This document shows, in pieces, positions 10,371 to 21,200 of a stretch of DNA of 56,021 nucleotides. Under the pieces are notes generated by a model. It was given only the letters and a program-made list of their open reading frames with translations. It did no database searches and had not been told where the DNA came from. Positions within the stretch are counted from its first letter, which is position 1; each line of letters starts with the position of its first letter. The translations under genes were made by a program, and so were the position numbers. The DNA comes from a virus (taxonomy: Duplodnaviria; Caudoviricetes). The stretch covers positions 1-56,021 of IMG/VR virus record IMGVR_UViG_3300041583_000090; one strand, written 5' to 3'.

Positions 10371-11045
10371 ATGGCATATACACGTGGTTCAAGTTCCAAC
10401 ATTATCGTTGGAGCAGCAGCTCTATTCACGTTTGAGTCAGGTCCAATCGGCCAGACCGCCGGAGCAATTACGGAGGCACAGGCAGAACTAGATCTTCCAA
10501 CTTTGGAAGTCGGAACAACCTACAGAAGCACTTTGTCTGACGGGTCCGGTTACCGTAACGTAGGTTACACTATGAACGGTTTAGAAATCCAGTTCCAGCC
10601 AGACTTTGGCGAGGTTCAGGTTGACCAGGTTCTCGACGTTGCTAAACTATACAAGCAGGGTATGCAGGTTAACCTGAATACTACCTTTGCTGAATCAACA
10701 CTAGAGAACCTATTGTTCTCTCTTGCTGCAAAAGACAGCGACTTGGCTGTTGGAGCCGTAGGAACTACCTTTGCTGCCCAGGACGTGCTAAACATGTCTG
10801 CTGGTAACATCGGAGAGTGCCCTGTTGAGCGTGGTTTGGTTGCCGTTGGTCCAGGTACAGGAGACTGTTCTGCATCAGAGACAATCGAGCGTATTTATGT
10901 TGCATACCGTGCACTTTCAATTGAAAGCGTTACAGTATCAGCTAAGCGTGACGAGGCAACAATGTTTGAGGTAAGCTTCCGCTTGCTTCCAAACGATGAC
11001 GCATCGTATGGTAAGATCGTAGATCGCACCATCCCAGCTGCATAA
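10371..11045 (+). CDS. Major tail (tube) protein
   Basis: 224 aa, SD GAGGTG, 'NVGYTMNGLEIQF', 'TTFAESTLENL'; own promoter (TGTTATAAT 10311) and terminator. Confidence 0.85.
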   Translation: MAYTRGSSSNIIVGAAALFTFESGPIGQTAGAITEAQAELDLPTLEVGTTYRSTLSDGSGYRNVGYTMNGLEIQFQPDFGEVQVDQVLDVAKLYKQGMQVNLNTTFAESTLENLLFSLAAKDSDLAVGAVGTTFAAQDVLNMSAGNIGECPVERGLVAVGPGTGDCSASETIERIYVAYRALSIESVTVSAKRDEATMFEVSFRLLPNDDASYGKIVDRTIPAA

Positions 11046-11058
11046 TTAATATAAGACA

Positions 11059-11094
11059 TCCCCTCTAGATTGAGTTCTAGGGGGGATTCTTTTT
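11059..11094 (+). terminator. Intrinsic terminator after tail tube gene
   Basis: TCCCCTCTAGA-TTGAGT-TCTAGGGGGGA followed by TTCTTTTT. Confidence 0.85.
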
Positions 11095-11108
11095 GGTATA
11101 CTTATAGT

Positions 11109-11804
11109 ATGGCAACTAAAATATATGAGTATGGTTACATACATCTTGTTGACGGAACATCCGTATATATTGCCCCACTTAAAATAAAATATTTAAGAGA
11201 GTTCATGGACGCTTTCGAAAACGTCAAAGCATCAGCAACAGAAGAAGAGTCTACAACACACCTACTAGAGTGCGTAAGGATATCCATGCAGCAGTACTAT
11301 CCACAAATAGAAACCATATTTGATGTAGAAGACAGCATGGATATCAAGACCCTATACAGAATACTGGATCTGGCGGCGGGCATAAAGATTTCTAATAAAA
11401 AGAGTGAAGAGGACAAGGAGCTGCCAGAAAAAGCCAAGGAAGCTTCTGAAGACTCTTCTTGGGAAAAGCTAGATTTAGCAACCCTAGAGTCTGAGGTTTT
11501 TCAGCTGGGCATCTGGAAAGACTATGAAGACCTGGAGAGATACATGTCATTGCCAGAACTTATGGCAACCCTAAATTCTAAGAGAGAGTCTGACTATGCA
11601 GAAAAGAAGTTCTTAGCTGCCATACAGGGGGTCGACCTAGAAAAGAATTCTGGCAAAAGTAATGAGTGGGAGGAAATGAAGGCTAGGGTATTTAGCAAAG
11701 GTCAGGCTTCAAACGCAAACGACATTACCGCACTGCAGGGCGCTAACGCTCAAAAGGCAGGCTTCGGTATTGGAATGGGCATGAGTTACCAAAAAATAGA
11801 GTAG
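11109..11804 (+). CDS. Tail assembly chaperone, long (GT-like) form
   Basis: Between tail tube and TMP; ATG 11109 lies 6 nt after TGGTATACT; N-terminal ~100 aa similar to the next gene. Confidence 0.7.
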   Translation: MATKIYEYGYIHLVDGTSVYIAPLKIKYLREFMDAFENVKASATEEESTTHLLECVRISMQQYYPQIETIFDVEDSMDIKTLYRILDLAAGIKISNKKSEEDKELPEKAKEASEDSSWEKLDLATLESEVFQLGIWKDYEDLERYMSLPELMATLNSKRESDYAEKKFLAAIQGVDLEKNSGKSNEWEEMKARVFSKGQASNANDITALQGANAQKAGFGIGMGMSYQKIE

Positions 11805-11856
11805 CTTTGTGGTATAATTAAATTAACCAAAAATTGGTTTAAATCAGGAGGAATGA

Positions 11857-12177
11857 ATGGCTACGACCATAAACGAGACAAAAGAAATCACACTTATAGA
11901 CGGAACAAAGATTTCGGTTAGGCCACTAAAGATTTCACTACTTAGAAACTTTATGAAAAAGTTTGAGGGAATCTCCAAGGTTGCAGATGACAATGACAAG
12001 TCTATGGATATTCTTATGGAGTGTGTGCAGATTGCCATGGAACAGTACAAGCCAGAGCTAGCTGTGGATATAAAGGCTCTTGAGGATGTGTTAGACTTGC
12101 CTACAGTTTACAAGATTGTAGAAGAAGCATCCGGAATCGCTATCGGTGATTCTCTTGCAGGCAACCTTAGTCGCTAA
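11857..12177 (+). CDS. Tail assembly chaperone, short (G-like) form
   Basis: 106 aa, SD AGGAGG, own TGGTATAAT near 11810; paralogous to N-terminus of previous gene. Confidence 0.7.
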   Translation: MATTINETKEITLIDGTKISVRPLKISLLRNFMKKFEGISKVADDNDKSMDILMECVQIAMEQYKPELAVDIKALEDVLDLPTVYKIVEEASGIAIGDSLAGNLSR

Positions 12178-12207
12178 GGTAAAAAATATAAATTAAGGTA
12201 CTAGTGA

Positions 12208-15200
12208 ATGGCTGATATTAACCCCAATATCGAAATCAATATTGACACGTCCAGTGCGATGGCGTCGATTAAGGCTCTTCAGAGTCAGATATCAGTCTTT
12301 CACCAGTCTCTTCGTGCATCTGGAGATGCATCCAGTATTCAAAAGTCAAACAACTATTCTAAAAACCTTGTAAACTCTATCAATGCCACAGGCAAGTTTT
12401 CTGCCTCTCTTGCAACGGTAGCAAAAGATACAAACACTTTCTCTAATGCATTAGAGCGCAACAAGCTTTCCATGGCAGAAACCTTTAAGTATGGAGCAGC
12501 ATCAAGCGGTAAGTTTGGAAGACTCTTTAAGACAGAGTTTGCCACCATTGAAAAGGTTACAAGGGAAAGAGTAAAGACTCTTCAGACGCAATTCGTAAAA
12601 CTAGGCTCTGACGCTAACGGAGCCATTGAAACAATCAAGGTTAGACCTCTTCGACTTGACATGGATAGTCTAGCAACTCAGACTGCGATTAACTCTCAAA
12701 AGCAACAAATCTTTAACAAGTTACTTAAGCAGGGTTCTACAAATCTTCTAAACTTTGGTAAGAACACACAGTGGGCTGGTAGGCAGCTTATGGTTGGTTT
12801 CACATTACCTCTGGCAGTGTTTGGGACTGTAGCAGGAAAAACTTTCATGGAGATGGAAGAAGCCGTAATCAAGTTTAGGCGTGTTTACGGAGAGCTCAGC
12901 ACTACTGTTTCCGAGACAGACAGCATGGTCAACTCGATTGAGCAGCTGGCAAAAAGCTTTACCAAATATGGAATAGCTATAAAAGATACCATGAACCTAG
13001 CCGCCGACGCAGCGGCCATGGGAAAGATGGGGGCGGACTTAACAGCTCAGGTAGCGGAAGCTACAAGGCTAGCAGTTCTTGGTGGAGTTGACCAGGCTAA
13101 GGCTCTAGAGACCACAATCTCTTTGACGAATGCTTTGGGTGTTTCTACAGAAGACTTGGCCAGCAAGATAGACTTCCTGAACGCTGTAGAGAACCAGACG
13201 GTTACTGCCATTGAAGACCTTACAATAGCTATTCCGAAAGCTGGACCGATCATTCAGCAATTGGGTGGCAGCGTAGAAGATCTAGCCTTCTTCCTAACAG
13301 CCATGAAAGAGGGTGGAATTAACGCCTCTGAAGGAGCTAACGCTCTAAAGTCTGGTCTAGCGTCTTTGATTAACCCCGCAGGTAAAGCTGTAGAAATGCT
13401 TCAAGGCTTCGGTATTAATGTTAATGCCATTGTAGAGGGAAATGCAGGTAACGTCAAGAACACCGTAATAGAGTTTGCTCAAGCCCTAGATACGTTGGAT
13501 CCACTAAACAGAGCAAGAGCTATCGAACAAATGTTCGGTAAGTTTCAGTTTGCCCGTATCTCAACCTTATTCAAAAACGTTGTTGACGAGGGTACTCAGG
13601 CAGGAAGAGTCTTACAGCTAACAAGAGCGACTACAGAAGAGTTAGCGATCCTGTCTCAACGAGAGCTGCAGCGCGTAGAAGACTCCCCTGGATACAAGTT
13701 TAAAAAGCAGATAGAGGACATTAAAAATGAGCTAGTTCCTCTGGGACGAGAGTTTCTGAAGCTAATAACCCCAATTATTGAATTTGCAAGTGGCCTTCTT
13801 AAGCAATTCAATAGCATGGACCAGGGAGTAAAAACCTTTGTTATGGGGCTCATAGGAGTCTTAGGACTCATAGCTCCTACTGTAATCATGTCGATCGGTC
13901 TTTTAGCTAACGGCTTTGCAAATATTATCAAGGGCTTCGGTATGGTCAATACCCTATTTGGCAGGATAGCAGGAGTATCAACCAGCGCAGCTGGAGCCAT
14001 GAACTACTTTACCCAAGAGCAATTGGAAGCCGCCGCCGTGGGAGCTTCCCTTGGTCAGATTCACTCTAACCTGGTTCAGGTGTTCTCTCTTGAGAAGGGC
14101 GCAGTAAATGCCTTGGCCGTAGCTTACAGACAAGCCGCAGCAGCAGCAGGAATTTTTGCATCTGTCCCAATGGTTCCTAGAGTATCTTCTCCTATCATTA
14201 CAAAATCTTCAACAGGAAGAAGAGCTTCTTCCCCAGGAGGGGTTCTGCCTCCGACCATACCGGGATATGCCAAGGGAATCTTAAGTCTACCTGGCCGAAA
14301 GGGTGCTGGAGATATTCTTCCAGCAATGCTAGCTCCGGGCGAAGCGGTCATTCCTGCGAAACAGTCTCAGAAGTATTCTGCGTTCCTACAAGCCATCATG
14401 AACGATGAGGTCCCAGGTTTTGCTAAGGGCGTCATGCTCGGGATGCCAGGATCTGGAAAATCCACTTCAAAAAATAGGGATGCTGGACAGCAAGTTTATG
14501 AGAGTTTCCTCCAGAGCAGCTACAGAAACGTTCCTCCAACAAACTATGGCCACCAGCTTTCACCAACATCTGGACACAGCTTTCCTATCTTTGGTCTTGG
14601 CGGAGTGTACATGGCTCCAGACGGGAAAAAAGTTTTCGTAAAGCCAGTAGTAGACGAAAACTCGGCAAACGCAGAGATGCGAGGAACACAGATTGCAAGA
14701 CAGGTTCACGGACTAAAAGCTCCAGAACAAAAAATTACTGTCATCGCTGACCCTAATGACCCAACCAGAACAAGAAGATTCTTGGCCCTAGAATCTAAAC
14801 TTGACTCAACCTTTATAAACAATGACCCCATGGCTTTGTTCAACGAGCCTCAATACTTTCAGCAACTAGTTGCATCTCTTTTGCGTGTAGACAAAGACCT
14901 TTCAGCAGGAAATGTGTTCGGCAACACCGTGGCTGATGTTGGTCCAGCTGGGGTTTTCAAGAGGGCATCGGGAATAAGAGCCTTCGAACCTAACCTTCCA
15001 TCAATGGAAGAGCAAGCTACAATAAACCTTCTAGGAATTAAAGGTGGAGCAAAGCGGGCATTTGCAGAGTCAACACTAGGCCTGATGGCAGGGATGACTC
15101 CACAACAGTATCACCAAAAGATGATTACTGAAATACAGCAAGTTCTTCCACTGCTAAAGAAAACTGTTGCTGGATTTGGATTAACGAATCCTCAAGAAGC

Positions 15201-18200
15201 AGACAGCTATCAGAATATGATCAAGAGACTTGAGTCTGGCTTGGGAGTAAACTGGTCAAGGTTCCATACCATGCACTCTGCTGTAAAAGTAGCCAAGCCA
15301 AGGCAGTCTACGAAACCAATTCCAGGCTTTGCAGACGGAGTCTTAAGTGTTCCAGGACCAAAGGGAGCAGGAGATGTTATTCCTGCAATGCTTTCTCCTG
15401 GAGAAGCTGTAATCCCTGCAGATAAGGCAAAGAAGTATCGTGGTTTTATAAGCTCTCTAATCGCCGGAAACGTTCCTGGATTTGAGCTAGGTACAGGAAA
15501 TGTGGGCGGAGCACCACAAAGGCTCAACGAAATCATGAGCTTCGTAGATCCAAGAAGAAGGTCTGCTACCGCAAGCTCGGGAATAATAGACCAGGCTGGA
15601 GGGAACTCTAAGGCTTTGGCTTCAGATCTTGCAGAGGCTGGAGTTTCTGCTAAAAACGCTATGAAGATTCTTTCCGAAGCAGCTGACAAGGCAAAGATGG
15701 GACTAGAGGAATTTAACTCTTACGTCTCCCTTGTCAAGAAATCTACCGCAGACGCTCCGAAAAACAAGCAGGGGCTCGTTCAGAATAGTCAGAAGCTGGT
15801 ATCGGACGTCCGGTCTAATTCTGGATTTAACCCAAAGAACCAGGGGGGCTCCTTTACTCATGTTGGTTCTGGAACTGAGCTCTCAGCCGGAGAAATCCTA
15901 AAAAGATCTGGTTCTGGCGACCTAAAACTTTCCCCAGGCCAAGCCAAGAACATTCAGTCTATGGACCCATCAAAGTTGGTTGGGGTCAAGTCCGGACTGG
16001 GGCTGTCCAATTTTGATCAAGAGACTAATAGGCAGCTTGACAAAGGCGGAGCAGATGTTAGCAGATTCTCCGAGGCCTTTGACGAGGCAGGATTAGAAAA
16101 ATGGAATGATTCAATAAGGTTTGGCGGGGGTAAGGTTGAAGACCTGGCTGGCCAAGCTCAGACATTGGACCAAGAATTTAGGAAACTAATATCGTCTTTG
16201 CCAGAGGGAACAAAAGTTTTCGATACAGATTCAAAGAGGCAGGACTATGAATCTGCTACAGGTAAAACGGGTGCCAGCGTTGAAAGCATGTATGGCACTG
16301 CGAGAGGCCAAGCTAAGGCTAAGGGTGCATCCAATCTGGCAGGAGTTATGGACACAGCACAGGCAACGCCAACAGAAATTCGTGACACGGGAACAAGTCC
16401 TGGTAAAAAACGTAGGGCACTCGGTCCAAAGATGGCAGAGTTACAGGTAACCCCAGCAAAAGATTCTATCAGTGATACTTCCATGTACACAGACAAAACA
16501 ATATCCGAAATGGAAGCTAGGGGGCAAGACCTTTACACTTTAGCAAGAGACAGGAATAGCCCACACAGACAAGCGGGCCCTGACGGGGAAGATGATGCCA
16601 AAGCTTATAACAAAGGATTTAACTCCAGCTCAGCTAAGGGACGATCCACTCCTCCTCCAATTCCTGAGGCTTCCGAAAAGCTAAAACAGTCTTCGACATT
16701 ACCAGACTCATTCCACGCCGCAATGGGTGCTTCACAATTTGAGCCTCCTAAAGAAGCTAAGAAAGAAATCAAGAGTGCCATCGGCGGAATGTTTAGAGAG
16801 ATGTCAGGCTCCGTAAAGAACCAGGCAAAGACTAAAGCTAAAGAGCTTGGCGAAAAAATGATCATGCCATTCGCTAAGCATCTTGCAAAGGGCACAGGCA
16901 ATATTCTTGTTAGCGAATATCAAAAAGAAAACGTTAACTACGACTCCGACACGGGGGTTACTACAAGTCAAGAGACAGGTCAAGTCCTATCTGACGAAGC
17001 TGGCTTTGACGCAGCTAACATAGCTACAGATGAACAGGGAAATCCTATCCTGACTCAAAATGGAGACCCTATGACCAGAGAGGCCTATGGCAAGGGTATA
17101 AAGAAACAAGCTTCGGCAATGAAGCGCCAAAGAATGGCAGGGAAAGCTTTTGGAGCCCTCTCAGTGGCCACTATGGGTGCTGGCATGATGTCTGGCCAAG
17201 AGGGTCCTGTAGGAGATGTCGCAAGGCAGGTTATGCCAATACTAGGTGCCTTGGCTATGATTGGTCCAATGCTTCTTGCACTAGCAGCACCTATCGCAAT
17301 ACTCGTGGGTGTTGTAGGTCTGGTTGCCTTTGGTCTGTTCAAGTATAACCAAGAACTTAATAAAGTCAGAAAAGAGTCTAGAGAGCTTGGGGAGTCCCTA
17401 GCTTCTGGCTCCAAGGCTATGGATAGGTTTGCACAATTTGCGGGAACTGTTTCTCCTACAGAGATAATGAACCAGAGAAGAGCTGGTTTAGGAACTCAAG
17501 TAACCGAGGTCCTAGGTAAAAGCGAATTTGCATCTAACTTTATAGCTAGCGACCAGGGTAAAGAGCTTGTTAAAACCGTAGAAGACGGATTAAAGACTTT
17601 GGGCAGATCAGATACAATGTCTAGAGTCTCTAATCAGTTAGCGATGGCTGTTGCCACGGGGATTCTAACTCAAGAGCAGGCCTCGAACATAGCCCTAGAG
17701 CTTGGAAGAACCCTAGAAGACTTTAGCTTTACCATGGGCGTAGTCGGAGAGCTTCAAGATCTTTTGGGTCCGAACGGAGAAAAGCTTCTAGACGGAGAAC
17801 CCATAGATTTGTTTATCTCAATGTCAAAGAGCAGCGCAAAGTCTTTTTCCAATACAGTAAAGGGGGCCCTAGAAAGTCTAAGCTCTGACGAAGGCTGGAT
17901 GAGCGCATTTGGCTTCGGAGAAGAGGCCAAGATTTCGTTTACGGCTGGTGCCATCACTGGTTTCTTTGAAGAGCAGCAAATGCAGCTGGACGGACTGGCA
18001 GTTGCTCAGCAAAAGTCAATAGACAAGATCCTGGAAGAGGCAAGAGCCCTAGAAGCTTCGGGTAAAGTCCAACAGGCTAATGCAAAATTTGCAGAAGCAG
18101 AGCTTTTGAGAGACAGTCAGCTTTCCGACAGAGTCTTAATGCAAAAAGAATATAGCTCTGCTCTAGAGGAAACCCTTGGCCTTCTGGATGCTGGCGACAG

Positions 18201-21200
18201 CAAATACGCCAATATGAGCGTTGCTCAGATTCAAGAAGATATACTTAGCCAAGACAGATTTGGAACTGTTTCTCCGGAAGATGCCCTAGGGCGTGCTGAA
18301 AGAATATTCGAGAACGATGGAGCAATCCTTGGAGACATAGACAAATACGCCCAAAGAACATTAGAGTCTATGACACAAGGCATTAAGGATAGGTTTGCAG
18401 AGGCTGACGAGTTCACAAAGAAAATGATAACCGGTGCTCTGAGCTCAATATCTTCTGGATCTGGACTTACCGTAAGGGCAAAGTTGTTGCTAACTTCTGC
18501 AATTGGATCTGGTGCCTTAGAACCAAAACAAATCGCAATGCTCGTAGACATGTTTGACCCAGATGTAGAAGAAGACGCAAAGCAATTAGAGATTATTGCA
18601 AACGTTGGCCTGTCTCTAGGTCAAGGCGGCATGCAACAAGCAGTCGTCGCAATCGACAGTCTCGTAAAGGACATCGTAAATGAAGCAGAAAGAAAGAAAA
18701 AAGCAGTAGACTTATTAAGCTTTATTGATCTGCAAGTAAAAAAGAGCCCAACAATGGCAAATCAAATTCTTGATTTGGTTTCAATGCTTGGCACTTACTC
18801 TGACCAGGTTGGTGGAGAAAATGTCATAGACTATATCGTTAAGCTAGACGAGAAGTCAATGAAAACCATGATGTCGAAACTGTCAAAGATGCAAAGACTT
18901 GTCGACAGAGCAACAGATCCAATAACAGTTGAGACACTAATTGAGCAAAAGGTAATCACAGACAAGTCAGCAATTGCTGCCTTTAAGGGTGATCAAGAGT
19001 ACTTCCAGCAGCTAGATCCCGTAAGTCAATTCCTTTACGTTCAAACTTTTCTTGCCGTGATTGGGACCATTACCGACGCCGAAGCCATTGCAAGTCTAAA
19101 AACAAAAGGAGTCGCCCAAGAGGGCGAATCTAGAACTATCTCTGGCCCTAAAGGTCGAGGATCAAGGACCCTGGCAAGTTATTCTCAACAACAGATAGAT
19201 GACTCAAGGGCTTCGATCGGCGCCGGAATTGCAGAAAGTGTGACAGATATCGTTGGTTCCTTTACCGGCGACAAAGGCACTAAAGAAGGAGCTGGCGGAG
19301 GGGGGTCTAAGTCGGACCCATTCGAAAACATTCTTAATAGATTAAAGCAAGTTCGAGATGCATCTATCAATGCAGCCGGAGGTGTTAAGGAGCTCATGAA
19401 ATTCCTTGGCGGCAAAAAGAGTATAACAATCTTTGACGGCATGGATCAGCAGATGCTTCTTAAGGGATACAACTCAGAATTCAGAAGCTTTGTAACTAGT
19501 CTCGATGAGGCAGCCAGAGGAGAGTTTGCTACATTCGAAAAAGGAGTCCTTAAAGTAACAGCAGCTGGAAAGGCAATGAATAAAGCCTTCTCAGAAGCAA
19601 CTCTCGGAGACTACCAGATTAGCCTGTCCCAGGGGCTTGCGGATGTAAACATGCAAATCAGGGCCATGACAAAGCTTACAGAAGCTGGAATGTCAAACAA
19701 AGATGCCTTCGAAGTTCTTGCAGATGCAAACTTAGCGTATGCTATTTCTATGGCGGCCACTACAGAAGAGGTTCAGAAGCTAATTAAAGATTTTAATGCT
19801 CTAACAACCGCAAAGAAAAAGCTTGCTAACTCAACAGTTGAGGGCATGGAAGCCGAAGTGTCCGAAGCCTTCTCTAAGATAAATGAGTTTTTCTCTGCTA
19901 AGGAGCAAGCGGTAACGCTCAAGTTTGAGGCAGATACTAAGTCTTTGACAAACGTTACAGACGGAGTCATTGCTCTTGCTCAAAAAGAGATTCAGGACTA
20001 CCAGTACACTATTGACGACCTTAGCTACGAGCTAGATCTTTTGGTGGAAAAAGAAACAGAGATTAACGACAAATACGATAAAAGAATTAATGCTTTAGAA
20101 AAGGTCCAGGAGATAAACCAATCCATCCTCGACCAGCAGAGTAGCCAGCTGAGTGTTGCGGAAGCTCTTTCCTCAGGAGACATAGCAGCAGCCGCTCGAG
20201 CAGTTCGGGAGCTTAGGTCCAAGCAAGCCTCTTCCAGAAAAGAATCATTCTCTAAAGACCTAGACCTCTCTCGTGAAAGGGAACTCGAGTCTCTTAGATC
20301 AACCAGCGGTAAGTCTAGGATTCAGCTTGAAAGAGAAATGAAGGACATCCAGGCACAGATTGCAATAATTGAGGAAACTCGATTAGAACCAGCTCAGAAG
20401 CTCCTGTCAAGTCTTGAAAGGGCCAGAGACGTAGCCTTGGAGGCTATTGGAGAGAATGGATACCTAGGAAAGACTAAAGCCGAGTGGGCTTTGGTTGAAA
20501 ACGGAGTAAGGCTTGCCAAGGTTGAGGCCGAGGGCTATAAAAAAGCTATCCTTGACGCACTAGACTTAATGGAAAAACTAAGGCTTGGGTACGCTGAAGG
20601 CACCAAAAAGGAAGAGTCTCCAGAATCTGGTTTACCAAAAGTAAAGACATCAGTATTCCAGGCCTCGCCCGTAAGCGTAGATCGCCCGACAGCAGAAAAG
20701 GCTGTCGCCTCCGCCATAAAATCTGGATCAGCCTCAGACCCCCTAAACTTTGCCAATCAAATTAAGAGTGCCGTTTTAGATAACCGCGCCGAGGCGGTTG
20801 CAATACGACAGGGAGTTGCTGCAGGAACAGCAACAGCTGCACAGAAGGCTACGCTAAAACAACTAGAAAAAACCAACATAGGCCTTATGACAAAATCTGG
20901 ATTAAAGTTTGCCAAGGGTGGGTTAGTTCCTAAATACTTTATGTCTGGTGGAACAGTCAAAGGCTACGCCTTCGGAGGTCTGGCTAGGGGAACAGACACC
21001 GTGCCAGCAATGCTAACCCCCGGAGAATTTGTTGTAAAGAGGAGTGCTGTAAATAGTTACGGGGTAGACAAGCTAAAGGCTATTAATAATGGACAAGCAC
21101 AAAGTCCTAATTCAGTGTATAATTATAGTCTAACAGTTAATACACAGAACGGCTCCAACCCTGATGATATAGCTAGAACAGTTATTTCAAGCCTAAAGAG

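Noticed and set aside
11461-11468. GGGAAAAG at the G/T junction of the long tail chaperone, resembling the classic slippery site
   Set aside because: It is read TGG GAA AAG, out of phase for an X XXY YYZ -1 shift, and the ORF is already continuous; at most a vestige
12354-20960. Many minus-strand ORFs opposite the TMP and other long genes
   Set aside because: Antisense shadows of strongly coding genes with Ser/Pro/Leu-rich, motif-free translations
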